Shown here piece after piece: positions 8,773 through 20,094 of a DNA stretch of 64,000 bases. The stretch is taken from contig OZ223209.1 of the NCBI GenBank assembly GCA_965140415.1, positions 5,120,001 through 5,184,000 on the forward strand. The letters are read 5' to 3'. Both the position numbers and the translations under genes were made by a program. This stretch comes from Myxococcota bacterium. GTDB lineage: Bacteria > Myxococcota_A > SURF-8. The notes beneath the pieces are model-generated. The model saw nothing but the letters and a program-made list of their open reading frames with translations. It searched no databases and had not been told where the DNA came from. The first letter of the stretch is position 1, and each line of letters starts with the position of its first letter.

Positions 8773-11700
8773 ATGACAACGTTGACGAACCGGCCAGTAT
8801 GTTTGCGCCGAATGGTTCTTCCTTTTCTTTTGCTGTTAGTATTTGCCGCTACAACATTGCTTGCTGGCTGTGACGACAGCGGAGACGATGCCGCCGATGG
8901 CGACGGCGTGGATGGCGATCAGAGCGGCACGCAGGACGGCTTCGATTTGAAAACGGATTTCGGTCCGGCCAAGCGGGTGGCGATTTACTACGAGCACGAC
9001 GACACCGACCAGTGGAGCCAGGGCAAGCAGTATGCGGTTGAAGTGTACAACCTGGTGGGGCACTTCAACACCTCGGCGCGCATCATCAATGTCGATGATT
9101 ATTCCGAAGGCGATTTGGATAATTACGATGCGGTGATTTACCTGGGTACGCAATACGACTATCCGCTCTCCAATTCCTTCCTGCGCGATGCCTACAACAA
9201 CGAAGACGTTCCCTTCTTCTGGATCAATTCCAACATCTGGCAGTTCTTCTACACCGATGGCTGGGACGCGGAATCGCGTTTCGGCTTCAATTTCATCGAG
9301 ATTGCAGAGGAAGAACCTTTTAATCGCATCGACTATAAAGATGAAACCCTGCGCCGTCACGACGATGATATGTATGTCAACGTCATCGACGTGACCGACA
9401 GCAAATGCAAAACCTGGGCGACCATTAAAAAAAGCAGCGAATCGGGCAGCGACATTCCCTATGCCGTCCAATGCGACAATTTCTTTTATCTGGCGGACAA
9501 TCCCTTTACCTACCTGTTCACCGGCTATCTGGTGTTTGCGGATCTCTTGCACGAACTGTTGGACACCGACACAAAAACCAGTTTGCGGGCGGTCATACGT
9601 TTCGAGGATCTGGCGCCGGGTAACGTGGATAACGACAAGTTGCGCGAGCAGGCGGACAAGTTGCACGAACGCGGGATTCCCTTTTCGATGGGTGTGATTC
9701 CCGTGCACACCGATCCGGAAGGCGTGTGGGGCGATCCGGGCAAGACCGTCAAACTACATGAGGATCAAGATTTTATCGATACGATCAATTACATGATCGA
9801 CAAGGGCGGTGTGGTCAGTCTGCACGGCTACACGCATCAGTATGAAGGCATTACCGGGGTCGATTACGAATTCTGGGACGAAGTGGAAGACGCGCCGGTA
9901 CCGGATGATTCCTACGACTGGGCCTTGCAGCGCGTGGATGATGCCATCAGCGAATACGTTCAGGCCATGGGCGAGGAACCGATGGTCTGGGAGACGCCGC
10001 ACTATTCGGCCTCGCCTTCCGACTACTTCGCCATTGCTTCCCGCTTCAACCTGGTTTTCGAACGGGTGATGACCTTCGATAGCCTGCAAGTCGTCGAGCC
10101 GGGAGAAGCTCCCGATTTCAGCGATGTCACCTACAGTACGCAGGATTTCCCCTATCAGGTGTTCAATTCCTTCTACGGTTTCCGCATTCTACCGGAAAAC
10201 ATGGGTTATCTGGACGATCAGGACGACGTCGGCGAATACGGCATTCTGCCGAACCCGGAAGGTATCGAAACGTACGGCAGAATGTACAGCGTTGTGCGCG
10301 ATTCGGTGGTCTCCTTCTTCTACCATCACTGGCAGCCCTTCGACGATTGCCTGGATGCCATCGACCGACTGGAAGCGCTGGGTTATGAATTCGTGGACAT
10401 TCGCGAAATCGCCAACGAATACCCACCGGGCAGCGATCCGCAAACCAGCACGGATGGTGACACGGACGGGGACACGACAGATGGCGATACGACCGACGGC
10501 GACTTTACCAAGCCGGATGGCGACACCGTCGATGGCGACAGCACAGTCACGGATGGCGATCTTATTTTTCCGACGATTCCGAACAATTACGGCAATGGTA
10601 TAGGCGAAGCCTGTCCCAACGGACCGATCGATTGCCAGTGGACGCTTGGCTGTCATCTGGGTGTTTGCGGGAATTGCACCACTGCGGATGAGTGCCGAGA
10701 ATACGAAGGCTGCCTGGATAGCGGAGCCTGCGGTCGCTGCACCGCGAACAGTCAATGCCCCAGCGATCAAAGCTGCCGCGAAGGTTTCTGCACCGTATCC
10801 GTTCTGCCGCGCTGGGATATCGAAATCGCCCCGGAGGATCTCTCCACGATGCTGAACGACATCTGGGAAGACACCTATTTCCCAATCGTGCTGACGGTTG
10901 ACGGCAAACGCTACGACAACGGCGAGGAAATCCGTCCCTATGGGAATTCCTCGCGCATCTACCCGAAGAAATCATTCCGCATCAAGTTCCCTGAAGATGT
11001 GGATCAGCCCGGCTACTCGCGCAAGATCAATCTGCGCGCCGACTATAACGATCCGAGTTTTATGCGCACCTTCCTGGCGTATGAAACCTATCGACGCTTG
11101 ACCAACGTTCCCGCTCCGCGAGCGCGCTTCATCAAGTTGTACATCAACGGCGACTACCACGGGGTGATGATCGAAACGCAGCGCATCGGACCCAGTTTCC
11201 TGGAGGAGCATGGCCGCAACCGGAGCATGTCGTTGTACGAGGCGGAGGAAATCTACGATCCGGGCGCGATGCTGCCCTTGGACTCTACCGCCGAGTACAT
11301 GACGATCTACAACAAGAAAGCAGGCAACGACGAAGACTACAGCGACGTCAAGAGCCTGGTGGAGGATGTCATCTGGGCGGATTACGAGGATTCGAACTAC
11401 AGTTCGGAGGAAACCGTAACCACGCGCATTCGCAAGAACATCGACGTGCAGATGAAGATCGATTACCTGGCGTTACAGGCGGTAATTCAGAACATCGACC
11501 ACGTCTCGGCGGGTTTCCATTTCTCCTATCAATATGGTCCTCAGCAGACGATGCGCTGGGAATTCTACCCGCACGACGCGGATATCTCCTTTGGCTGTCA
11601 GTATGACGAAGAGGAGTTGAATGGAATCTGCGATGATATGTACGACGACGAATTCTACCTGCCGGGGATCATCCCGGAGGATATGGTGGCTGGTGAGGAA

Positions 11701-11988
11701 AGCGAATTGTGGATCAATCTGCTGATTCACCTGATCTTCCGCGATTCGGAATTGCGGTCTATTTACGATCGTCGTATCTGCGAAATGCTCGACAGCGACT
11801 ACTGGAATGTGGATCTACCCAAGATGATCGATGCCTTTGTGGAAACGCTGGCGGATTCCGTGGTGCTGGATGAAAACGATATGAACGATTCGCGCGCCGA
11901 TTTCGAAGCCGCCGCAGAGGAAATCAAAACCTTCCTTGGCGACCGCAAGGATTTCTTGCAAAACAACTCTTACATCACCTGCCCGTAA
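8773..11988 (+). CDS. Lipoprotein fusion: DUF2334/polysaccharide deacetylase-like + DGD linker + Cys-rich + CotH-family kinase
   Basis: Lipobox LAGC. Deacetylase-like: VIRFEDL, LHGYTHQ, WETPHY, SFFYH. CotH-like: GNSSRIYPKKSFRIKF, LYINGDYHG, WEFYPHDADISFG. Confidence 0.85.
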   Translation: MTTLTNRPVCLRRMVLPFLLLLVFAATTLLAGCDDSGDDAADGDGVDGDQSGTQDGFDLKTDFGPAKRVAIYYEHDDTDQWSQGKQYAVEVYNLVGHFNTSARIINVDDYSEGDLDNYDAVIYLGTQYDYPLSNSFLRDAYNNEDVPFFWINSNIWQFFYTDGWDAESRFGFNFIEIAEEEPFNRIDYKDETLRRHDDDMYVNVIDVTDSKCKTWATIKKSSESGSDIPYAVQCDNFFYLADNPFTYLFTGYLVFADLLHELLDTDTKTSLRAVIRFEDLAPGNVDNDKLREQADKLHERGIPFSMGVIPVHTDPEGVWGDPGKTVKLHEDQDFIDTINYMIDKGGVVSLHGYTHQYEGITGVDYEFWDEVEDAPVPDDSYDWALQRVDDAISEYVQAMGEEPMVWETPHYSASPSDYFAIASRFNLVFERVMTFDSLQVVEPGEAPDFSDVTYSTQDFPYQVFNSFYGFRILPENMGYLDDQDDVGEYGILPNPEGIETYGRMYSVVRDSVVSFFYHHWQPFDDCLDAIDRLEALGYEFVDIREIANEYPPGSDPQTSTDGDTDGDTTDGDTTDGDFTKPDGDTVDGDSTVTDGDLIFPTIPNNYGNGIGEACPNGPIDCQWTLGCHLGVCGNCTTADECREYEGCLDSGACGRCTANSQCPSDQSCREGFCTVSVLPRWDIEIAPEDLSTMLNDIWEDTYFPIVLTVDGKRYDNGEEIRPYGNSSRIYPKKSFRIKFPEDVDQPGYSRKINLRADYNDPSFMRTFLAYETYRRLTNVPAPRARFIKLYINGDYHGVMIETQRIGPSFLEEHGRNRSMSLYEAEEIYDPGAMLPLDSTAEYMTIYNKKAGNDEDYSDVKSLVEDVIWADYEDSNYSSEETVTTRIRKNIDVQMKIDYLALQAVIQNIDHVSAGFHFSYQYGPQQTMRWEFYPHDADISFGCQYDEEELNGICDDMYDDEFYLPGIIPEDMVAGEESELWINLLIHLIFRDSELRSIYDRRICEMLDSDYWNVDLPKMIDAFVETLADSVVLDENDMNDSRADFEAAAEEIKTFLGDRKDFLQNNSYITCP

Positions 11989-12019
11989 GGGTAAGGGGTG
12001 GGGGATTCTTGAACGTGAG

Positions 12020-12045
12020 ACGGGCCGGTCATTTGACCGGCCCGT
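12020..12045. terminator. Hairpin between convergent genes
   Basis: acgggccggtca-tt-tgaccggcccgt. Confidence 0.7.
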
Positions 12046-12090
12046 TGTGTTGTAACCCATTGTGATTTTGGCGATTTATCGGATCATGTT

Positions 12091-12152
12091 GTAGGTTGGG
12101 CAAATGTCTTGCCCGACATTTCCGATCAGCGTCGGGCAAAACTTTGCCCGAC
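12091..12152 (+). repeat. GTAG-type REP doublet
   Basis: GTAG-gttgggcaa..ttgcccgac followed by gtcgggcaa..ttgcccgac. Confidence 0.65.
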
Positions 12153-12164
12153 CTTTGCCTACCC

Positions 12165-13487
12165 CTATTCGCCTTTATTCTGGTTGCGCTCGATGCGCTT
12201 GGTGATGTTCATCGCGCAGAATTTCGGCCCACACATCGAACAGTATTCCGACGATCCGTGCTCTTTCATCTCCAGGCTCTGCTCGCGGAAGTCACGCGCG
12301 CGTTCGGGGTCCATGGCCAGACGGAACTGCTCGGGCCAGTCGAAGCGATAGCGTGCCGCCGAGAGTTTATCGTCCCAGTCGCGAGCACCGGGGCGGCCAT
12401 TGGCGATATCCGCAGCATGCGCCGCGATACGGTAGGCCATAATGCCCTCGCGCACGTCGTTGGGGTCGGGCAGTCCAAGGTGTTCCTTGGGAGTGACGTA
12501 GCAGAGATAGCTTGCCCCGCTCCATGCCGCGATCGAAGCGCCGATGGCGCTGGTGATATGATCGTAACCCGGCGCAACGTCGGTGACGAGCGGTCCCAGT
12601 ACGTAAAAAGGCGCACCCTTGCAGATTTCCTGCTGCATCTGAACGTTGCGCTGAACGTCGTTCATCGGCACGTGGCCCGGTCCTTCGACCATTACCTGAA
12701 CGTCTTTCTTCCAGCAGCGCTGGGTCAGTTCTCCCAGAATTTCCAGCTCTGCAATCTGCGCCTGGTCGGTAGCATCGGCCAGACAGCCGGGGCGCAGGCC
12801 ATCGCCTAACGACATGGTCACATCGTAGCGCGCCGCGATATCCAGGATCTTGTCGAAATGGACGTACAGGGGATTTTCCTGCTTGTGATGCGTCATCCAT
12901 TCGGCCATCAGCGAGCCGCCACGGCTGACGATGCCGGTCACGCGCTGGGCGGCCAACGGCACGAAATCCTTCAACAATCCGCAGTGAATGGTCATGAAAT
13001 CCACGCCCTGCTTGGCCTGCTCTTCAATCACATTCAGCATATGCTCGATGGTCAGTTCTTCGGTTTTATCAACCATTTCAATGGCTTGGTACAGGGGCAC
13101 GGTACCAACCGGCAGCGGGCTATCCTTGATGATCGCCTTGCGGATTTCATTGATGCTCGGACCGGTGGAAAGATCCATTACGGTGTCGGCGCCGTAGCGG
13201 ATGCAGTTGTCTAACTTCGCCAATTCACAGGTGATATCCGAACAGAGCGCACTGTTTCCGATATTGGCGTTGATCTTGACGGTGCAGCAGCGGCCAATGC
13301 CAATCGGTTTCAGGCTTTTATGGTTGATATTGGCGGGGATCACCATCCTTCCGGCGGCTAGTTCCTCGCGGATCTTTTCTGGCGGGAGATTCTCGATCTC
13401 GGCCACGGCGCGCATTTCATCGGTAATGATCCCTTTACGGGCATAGGATAAAAGGGTGTTGTTTTCGCCATTATAACTTCTGGTCAT
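12165..13487 (-). CDS. thiC: Phosphomethylpyrimidine synthase ThiC
   Basis: [64 protein letters not shown] precedes ATG 13487. Confidence 0.95.
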   Translation of the reverse strand: MTRSYNGENNTLLSYARKGIITDEMRAVAEIENLPPEKIREELAAGRMVIPANINHKSLKPIGIGRCCTVKINANIGNSALCSDITCELAKLDNCIRYGADTVMDLSTGPSINEIRKAIIKDSPLPVGTVPLYQAIEMVDKTEELTIEHMLNVIEEQAKQGVDFMTIHCGLLKDFVPLAAQRVTGIVSRGGSLMAEWMTHHKQENPLYVHFDKILDIAARYDVTMSLGDGLRPGCLADATDQAQIAELEILGELTQRCWKKDVQVMVEGPGHVPMNDVQRNVQMQQEICKGAPFYVLGPLVTDVAPGYDHITSAIGASIAAWSGASYLCYVTPKEHLGLPDPNDVREGIMAYRIAAHAADIANGRPGARDWDDKLSAARYRFDWPEQFRLAMDPERARDFREQSLEMKEHGSSEYCSMCGPKFCAMNITKRIERNQNKGE

Positions 13488-13797
13488 CGATCTTCTCCTT
13501 TGTTCCTGTGGCACGCCCAGTAGCGGCCCGGACCTTGTTGTAACGCCAGCGATTCTGCTTGTAAAGGGATTTTGGCAACGGAAATCACATGAAAAAAACC
13601 AACATGTTGAAATCATCGCCTTTCTTGGTGAAATAAGGTATACTAAAAAGGCGATTTTGAATACTCACGTGGAAGAAGCAGTAGGTGAATTTACGGTTGT
13701 GTAAGCAGCACTCTTCCATGTTGGGCCGTCATAAAATTACCGGGTGTGCTTTGCCGAGATCTAGGGCCGGATCTCAGCGAACATATGGGAGGATGTG

Positions 13798-16700
13798 ATG
13801 AAGGGCAGTTTTGTTTGGAAATCGTTTGTATGTTGCGTGCTGATCATCGGATGGACGGCCTCGGCTCAGGCTGTGGATGTGTGCAACACCGACGCGGATT
13901 GCGAAAGCGATCTGTATTGTACCGAAACCTGCGATCCGAGCAATCCGGAAGCAGATGCAAAAGGCTGTGTGTTGGCCGATAGCTGCGACGACAGCATCGA
14001 CTGCACCTACGATTACTGCATCGATGCTTCGATGACCTGTCAGAATCTGCCGGTCGATGCCAACTGCCAGGACGGTCAGTACTGCAACGGCGCAGAGATT
14101 TGCAGCGCGACGCTGGGTTGTATCGATGGTCCCGACCCCTGCTCGGATGCTTATGCCTGCACCGACGATTGCGACGAGGATACCGACACCTGCCCCTATA
14201 CACCCAATGATTCTCTATGCGACGACAGCAACACCTGCACCGCTCCCGATAGCTGCTCGCCCGGTTCGCCCGGCACGGATGCGGATGGCTGCCTGTTTAC
14301 TGCCGTGGAAGATGGCACGAACTGCGAACTCGATGGCGGCGGTTCGGGAGCCTGTTTAGGCGGTGAATGCTTCGATGGCTGTATTAGCGATGCCAACTGC
14401 GACGACGGCATTCCCTGCACGGAAGATCTGTGCAACCTGAATACGTTGACCTGCTACTTTGTAAACTCCGATGCAGCTTGCGATGACGATGTATTCTGTA
14501 ATGGTGCGGAAAGTTGCGAGCCGAGCAATCCCGGTGCGGATGGAAACGGCTGTGTGGCGGGAAGCGATCCCTGCGACGACGGCGCAAGCTGCACGAGCGA
14601 CTCTTGCGAGGAATCGACGGACAGTTGCACCAACACTCCCGACGATGGCGAGTGCGATAACGAAATCTTCTGCGACGGTGAAGAAACCTGCGATCCGACG
14701 AATCCGTCATCGGGTGGTGATGGTTGCGTGGCGGGAAGCAATCCCTGTCTCGATAGCTACGCCTGCACCGTCGATGAGTGCGATGAGGGCAACGATAGTT
14801 GCAGCAACACTCCCAGCGATGCTTACTGTGACAACGAACAAGCCTGCGATGGCGAAGAAACCTGCGATCCGAGCGATCCCAGTGCCGGAGTGGATGGCTG
14901 CCTGGACGGATCGTCACTGAATTGTAACGATGGAATCTCATGCACCGTCGATAGCTGTGACGATGCTTCGGGCTGCATCAATGCGCCCGATCATGCCTTC
15001 TGCGATGATTTGGACCCTTGTACAACGGACTCCTGCGATACCGTGTTGAACTGCGTGAATACACCGCTTGCAGATGGCTCACGCTGCGAAGCGCCGGAGC
15101 AGTCGCCCAAGGTCTGCCAGGACGGCGTGTGCGTGGCGGCCTGTACAACCAATCAGGATTGCGATGACGGCATCGCCTGCACCACCGATATCTGCGATGG
15201 AGAAACGCTGCTTTGCTCGCATACCCCAAACAACAATGTCTGTAACAACAGCGATCCCTGCGACGGCGTGGAAGTCTGCAACCCGGACGATCCTGGTTCC
15301 GATGGCAACGGCTGTGTGGCCGGTCAGGATCTGGATTGCGACGATGGCGTGGATTGTACAACGGACAGTTGTACTCCCGGAGTCGGTTGTTCAAACGAAG
15401 CGGACGATTCTTACTGCGACGACAACAACGTGTGCAACGGATCGGAAACCTGCGATGCCGTGCAGGGCTGCCTGGCCGGAACGCCGTTGAATTGTGCCGA
15501 TGCGTTCGATTGCACTGCGGATAGTTGCGATATGGCGTTGGGCTGTCAGCATACGCCAAACGATGCCGTTTGTGACGACCACACGTTCTGCAATGGAGTG
15601 GAAACCTGTAGCGTTTCCCTGGGTTGTGTGAATGGCACTCCCCCGAGCTGCGACGATGGCGTGGCCTGTACCGTGGATAGCTGCAATACTTCCAGCGATA
15701 GCTGCGACAACGAGCCGTCGAATACGTATTGTAACGACGATGCCTATTGCAACGGCGTGGAAACCTGTTCTCCCGAATCGCCGGGAGCCAATGCGCAGGG
15801 TTGTTTGGCGGGCACAGCACCCGATTGCAGCGACAGCATAAGCTGCACCGTCGATAGCTGCGATGAACCCAGTGATACCTGCGTGCATGAGGCGGATCAC
15901 TCCGCCTGCGATAACGGCCTGTATTGCGATGGCTATGAGACCTGCGACGAAACGCTTGGCTGCCAGGACGGCATCGCCGTGTTCTGCTCGGACGATGGTT
16001 TCTCCTGCACCCAGGAGACTTGCGACGAAGAAAGCGACAGATGTATCTCGACGCCTATCGACAGCAGGTGCAACAACAATCAATATTGCGATGGCGAAGA
16101 AACCTGTGATCCAACGAATCCGGCGCATGCCACGAATGGTTGTGTGGCGGGAGAGGACATCGATTGTGCCGACGAGTACAGTTGCACCATCGATGGTTGC
16201 GACGAGCAACTCGATAGCTGCGTACATGCGCCGGACAATAGCGTCTGCAACAACAACCTGTTCTGTGACGGCGTGGAAGTCTGTAACCCGGATGATGGCT
16301 CCGCCGATGGAAACGGGTGCGTAGAGGGCACACCGCCCGATTGCGACGACGGTATCGATTGTACGCTGGATGAATGCAACAACAACATCGGTTTCTGCGT
16401 GTATACGGGGCGAAACGAACTCTGCGACAACGGGCTGGATTGCGATGGCGCGGAAATCTGCGATACCGAATTGGGTTGCGTCGATGGCATCGCGGTGAAC
16501 TGCAATGATGATGTCGGATGTACGCGGGATAGCTGCCAGGAATCGGCCCTGGGACCGAACTGCGTAAACGAGCCCTTCGACTCGGATTGCAGCGACGGGC
16601 AGTACTGCAATGGTCAGGAAACCTGCGATCCGGTGAGGGATTGTCAGGACGGCGAGAGCATTGTCTGCACGGATGGCGTTGCCTGCACGGTGGATGAATG

Positions 16701-19700
16701 CGACGAAGAGCAGGATCAGTGCACGTATACACCCGATGACGGCTTGTGCACGGAAGATCCGGGTGTCTGCCGCACACTGGTCGGCTGCGACCCGGATGAC
16801 GGCTGCATGTTCGCCAATCGCCCGGACGGAGAAACCTGCGATGTAAATCCGGAAGAGCCGGAAATCTGTCAGAACGGAGTGTGCGTGCCCGGCTGTCAGG
16901 CGGCTGAAGACTGCGACGACGGTATCGAATGTACGCTCAATACCTGTGTGGATAACTGGTGCGTGTTCGTGCCGCAGAACGAGTTATGCCAGGATGATAG
17001 CTACTGCAATGGCGCGGAAGTCTGTAGCGCGGTGTCGGGTTGTATCGCCGGTTCGGAGCCGGACTGCGATGACGAATTGGTATGTACGCGCGATCAGTGC
17101 AACGAAGCGATCGATGGATGCGAGCACATTCCCGAAAACAGTTGGTGCAACGACGGGCTGTACTGTAACGGTGTGGAAATCTGCGATCCCCAGGACGTGG
17201 AGCACGATGAAAACGGTTGCGTGCCCGGTACGGCGATCGTGTGCGAAGATGACGGCATCGATTGCACCGAGGAAGAATGCTCCGAAGATTCCCATGCCTG
17301 CGAGCATATTGCAAACGATGAGCTCTGTTCCGACAACCAGTTCTGCACCGGCGTGGAAATCTGCCATCCGGTCGATGGCTGCCAGCCGGGAGCCTTGCCT
17401 AATTGCAGTGATGACGTGGATTGCACGGTGGACAGTTGCGATTCGCAGAGCGATAGCTGCGTACATGAGGCGAGCGATGCCTTGTGCAGCGATAATGTGT
17501 TCTGTAACGGAGTTGAAATCTGCGACGAGCAGACCGGTTGCCAGGACGGACCCGACCCAAGCTGTGAAGACGGTGTGGATTGCACCGTGGATCGCTGCGA
17601 TACGGAAAGCGACACCTGTGCCAATGAACCGGACGACAGCGCCTGTGACGATCTGGATTACTGCACCGGCGTGGAAACCTGCGATGTATCGCAAGGTTGC
17701 GTGAGCGGCACGGCGGTGACTTGTGACGACGGTTTCTCCTGTACGACCGATACCTGTAGCACGGAGCTGGCGCGTTGCGTGTATACCCCGGAAAATAGCG
17801 CCTGCGATAACGACGCGTATTGCGACGGTGTGGAAACCTGCGATCCCGAGAATCCCGGTCACGATGACAATGGCTGCGTTCCCGGTACGGATGTCGTTTG
17901 CGAAGATGCCTTTACCTGTACACAAGATCGCTGCGATGAAGACACGGATCAGTGCGCGTTCGATCCGGTAGACGCCAACTGCGCCAACGCTTTCTATTGC
18001 GATGGTGCGGAAACCTGCGATCCGCAGAATCCCGCTGCGGCGGCTGATGGCTGCGTACCGGGAACGGATCCCTGCGACGATGGCTTCGCTTGTACCGCAG
18101 ACAGTTGCGACGAACCGACGGACGTCTGCACGAATACGCCGCAGGACAGCGCCTGCGACGATACCCTGTATTGCACCGGCGCGGAGAGCTGCGACCCGCA
18201 GAATGGAAGCGCCGACGAATTCGGTTGCGTGGCGGGTACGCCGCCAGATTGCGCCGACGGCATCGCCTGCACAGTGGATGACTGCTCCAACGAATCGTCG
18301 TCTTGTACGCATACACCCGACGATTCCGCCTGCGCGGACGAGTTCTACTGCAACGGCGTTGAAATCTGCGATGCGCAGACCGGCTGTCAGGACGGCCCCG
18401 ACCCGGATTGCTCGGATGCGTTTAGCTGCACCGTGGATAGCTGCGATGAGGCGAACGATGAGTGCGTACATGAGCCGGTCAATTCCTCCTGCGATGACGG
18501 CGTATACTGCAACGGCGATGAAGTCTGCTCGACGACGCAGGGCTGTGTCACCATCCAACGCAACTGCTCCGACGGTGTGGATTGTACCGAGGATAGCTGT
18601 GTAGAGAATGAGCAGCGTTGCGAACACACGCCGCAGGATTCCGAATGCGACGACGACAATCCCTGTACCGCGCCGGATGTCTGCGATTTACAGGAAGATT
18701 GTCAGACGACCGTGTTACAAGATGGCACCACCTGTGACATCGATCCGACGAAGGTTGAAACCTGCCAGCAGGGTGAGTGCGTCCCCAACTGCGTTGAACA
18801 CATCGACTGCGACGATGGTCAGGACTGCACCACGGATACCTGCAATTCCTCCGGCGTGTGCGAGTACCAGCGCAATGATGATCTCTGCAACGAAGGACGC
18901 GCCTTCTGCGATCCGATCTACGAATGTAAGCCCTTTACCGGCTGCGTGGCGGGCGATCCGCCGGACTGCAACGATGACATCGCCTGCACCATCGATGAGT
19001 GCGATACGCAGCAGCAGGCTTGCGTACATACACCAGACGATACCGCCTGTGATGACGGCAAGGTCTGCACCGTGGACAGCTGCGATGACGTCGATGACTG
19101 CCAGCATGATCCGGTTGCGGACGATACCCCCTGCGATGTCGATCCCACCCGCGTGGAAAGCTGTCAGAACGGTCTATGCGTGGCGGATTGCCTGGAAGAT
19201 GAGGATTGCGACGACGAGCAGGAATGCACCACGGATAGCTGCTCGGCGCAAGGCGTTTGCGAATTCGAACCGGATCACGATTCGTGTAACGAAGGCTTGA
19301 CCGCCTGCGATACGCCGTATGTCTGCATTGCGTTTGAGGGCTGCGTGGAAAGCGATCCGATCGATTGCGACGACGATGAACCCTGCACCACCGATACCTG
19401 CGACGATACGCTGGGCTGTCAGTACGAGGCGCTGCCGGATGGCACCATCTGTGATGATGGCTGGGTATGCGATGCGGGCGTGTGCGTGGAAGCCTCGCTA
19501 GACGGCGACCTGGAAATGGATATCGACTTGCCACCGGATGGCGATATGGAACGCGATTCGGAAGGCGAACAACCACCGGATGGCGACGAAGATCTGGATC
19601 ATGATACAGAACTTGATATCCAGCCGGATGGCGATGCGGATGCCATTGAAGAACCGGAAAAGGATGTGGTCGTTGTCGACGGTGACGAGGAGCAAGCGGG

Positions 19701-19944
19701 CGATATCGATGCGGTTGTCGATGGCGATGAAATCCCCGCCGATAGCGATTTTACAATCGACGGCGATGAAGATGCGTCCATCGATGGCGATACGGAAAGC
19801 ACCGTGGACGGCGATGACAATGGCGATGGTGGCGGTTGCAGTTGCAACGGCTCGGCCTCGACGCCGCAGGGCTTATTGCTTATGGCATTGGCCTTACTGG
19901 CAGCCTGGATGCGTCGCCGAATGCACGGACGCTTAGGTGAATAA
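13798..19944 (+). CDS. Giant Cys-rich repeat surface protein with DGD stalk and MYXO-CTERM-like anchor
   Basis: Signal peptide (ASAQA); dozens of CDDGxxCTxDxC and CNGxExC units; DGD tract; GGGCSC + hydrophobic helix + RRR tail. Confidence 0.9.
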   Translation: MKGSFVWKSFVCCVLIIGWTASAQAVDVCNTDADCESDLYCTETCDPSNPEADAKGCVLADSCDDSIDCTYDYCIDASMTCQNLPVDANCQDGQYCNGAEICSATLGCIDGPDPCSDAYACTDDCDEDTDTCPYTPNDSLCDDSNTCTAPDSCSPGSPGTDADGCLFTAVEDGTNCELDGGGSGACLGGECFDGCISDANCDDGIPCTEDLCNLNTLTCYFVNSDAACDDDVFCNGAESCEPSNPGADGNGCVAGSDPCDDGASCTSDSCEESTDSCTNTPDDGECDNEIFCDGEETCDPTNPSSGGDGCVAGSNPCLDSYACTVDECDEGNDSCSNTPSDAYCDNEQACDGEETCDPSDPSAGVDGCLDGSSLNCNDGISCTVDSCDDASGCINAPDHAFCDDLDPCTTDSCDTVLNCVNTPLADGSRCEAPEQSPKVCQDGVCVAACTTNQDCDDGIACTTDICDGETLLCSHTPNNNVCNNSDPCDGVEVCNPDDPGSDGNGCVAGQDLDCDDGVDCTTDSCTPGVGCSNEADDSYCDDNNVCNGSETCDAVQGCLAGTPLNCADAFDCTADSCDMALGCQHTPNDAVCDDHTFCNGVETCSVSLGCVNGTPPSCDDGVACTVDSCNTSSDSCDNEPSNTYCNDDAYCNGVETCSPESPGANAQGCLAGTAPDCSDSISCTVDSCDEPSDTCVHEADHSACDNGLYCDGYETCDETLGCQDGIAVFCSDDGFSCTQETCDEESDRCISTPIDSRCNNNQYCDGEETCDPTNPAHATNGCVAGEDIDCADEYSCTIDGCDEQLDSCVHAPDNSVCNNNLFCDGVEVCNPDDGSADGNGCVEGTPPDCDDGIDCTLDECNNNIGFCVYTGRNELCDNGLDCDGAEICDTELGCVDGIAVNCNDDVGCTRDSCQESALGPNCVNEPFDSDCSDGQYCNGQETCDPVRDCQDGESIVCTDGVACTVDECDEEQDQCTYTPDDGLCTEDPGVCRTLVGCDPDDGCMFANRPDGETCDVNPEEPEICQNGVCVPGCQAAEDCDDGIECTLNTCVDNWCVFVPQNELCQDDSYCNGAEVCSAVSGCIAGSEPDCDDELVCTRDQCNEAIDGCEHIPENSWCNDGLYCNGVEICDPQDVEHDENGCVPGTAIVCEDDGIDCTEEECSEDSHACEHIANDELCSDNQFCTGVEICHPVDGCQPGALPNCSDDVDCTVDSCDSQSDSCVHEASDALCSDNVFCNGVEICDEQTGCQDGPDPSCEDGVDCTVDRCDTESDTCANEPDDSACDDLDYCTGVETCDVSQGCVSGTAVTCDDGFSCTTDTCSTELARCVYTPENSACDNDAYCDGVETCDPENPGHDDNGCVPGTDVVCEDAFTCTQDRCDEDTDQCAFDPVDANCANAFYCDGAETCDPQNPAAAADGCVPGTDPCDDGFACTADSCDEPTDVCTNTPQDSACDDTLYCTGAESCDPQNGSADEFGCVAGTPPDCADGIACTVDDCSNESSSCTHTPDDSACADEFYCNGVEICDAQTGCQDGPDPDCSDAFSCTVDSCDEANDECVHEPVNSSCDDGVYCNGDEVCSTTQGCVTIQRNCSDGVDCTEDSCVENEQRCEHTPQDSECDDDNPCTAPDVCDLQEDCQTTVLQDGTTCDIDPTKVETCQQGECVPNCVEHIDCDDGQDCTTDTCNSSGVCEYQRNDDLCNEGRAFCDPIYECKPFTGCVAGDPPDCNDDIACTIDECDTQQQACVHTPDDTACDDGKVCTVDSCDDVDDCQHDPVADDTPCDVDPTRVESCQNGLCVADCLEDEDCDDEQECTTDSCSAQGVCEFEPDHDSCNEGLTACDTPYVCIAFEGCVESDPIDCDDDEPCTTDTCDDTLGCQYEALPDGTICDDGWVCDAGVCVEASLDGDLEMDIDLPPDGDMERDSEGEQPPDGDEDLDHDTELDIQPDGDADAIEEPEKDVVVVDGDEEQAGDIDAVVDGDEIPADSDFTIDGDEDASIDGDTESTVDGDDNGDGGGCSCNGSASTPQGLLLMALALLAAWMRRRMHGRLGE

Positions 19945-20000
19945 GGTTGCAATTTCGGGGTAAGAATTACCCCAAGCTGTTTCCGCGAAACGATACTCAC

Positions 20001-20035
20001 GCAAGAGCAGGGCTTTCGTCCTGCTCTTGCCTTTT
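20001..20035 (+). terminator. Intrinsic terminator
   Basis: gcaagagcagg...cctgctcttgc followed by ctttt. Confidence 0.8.
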
Positions 20036-20094
20036 GTCTTCAAAGGATTCACTTTTTTATTTCCCCTTACTCGCCCTTTTCCCACACCACGAAC

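Noticed and set aside
13844-19936. Many long alternative-frame ORFs inside the giant Cys-rich gene
   Set aside because: Expected shadows of a GC-rich repetitive coding sequence.
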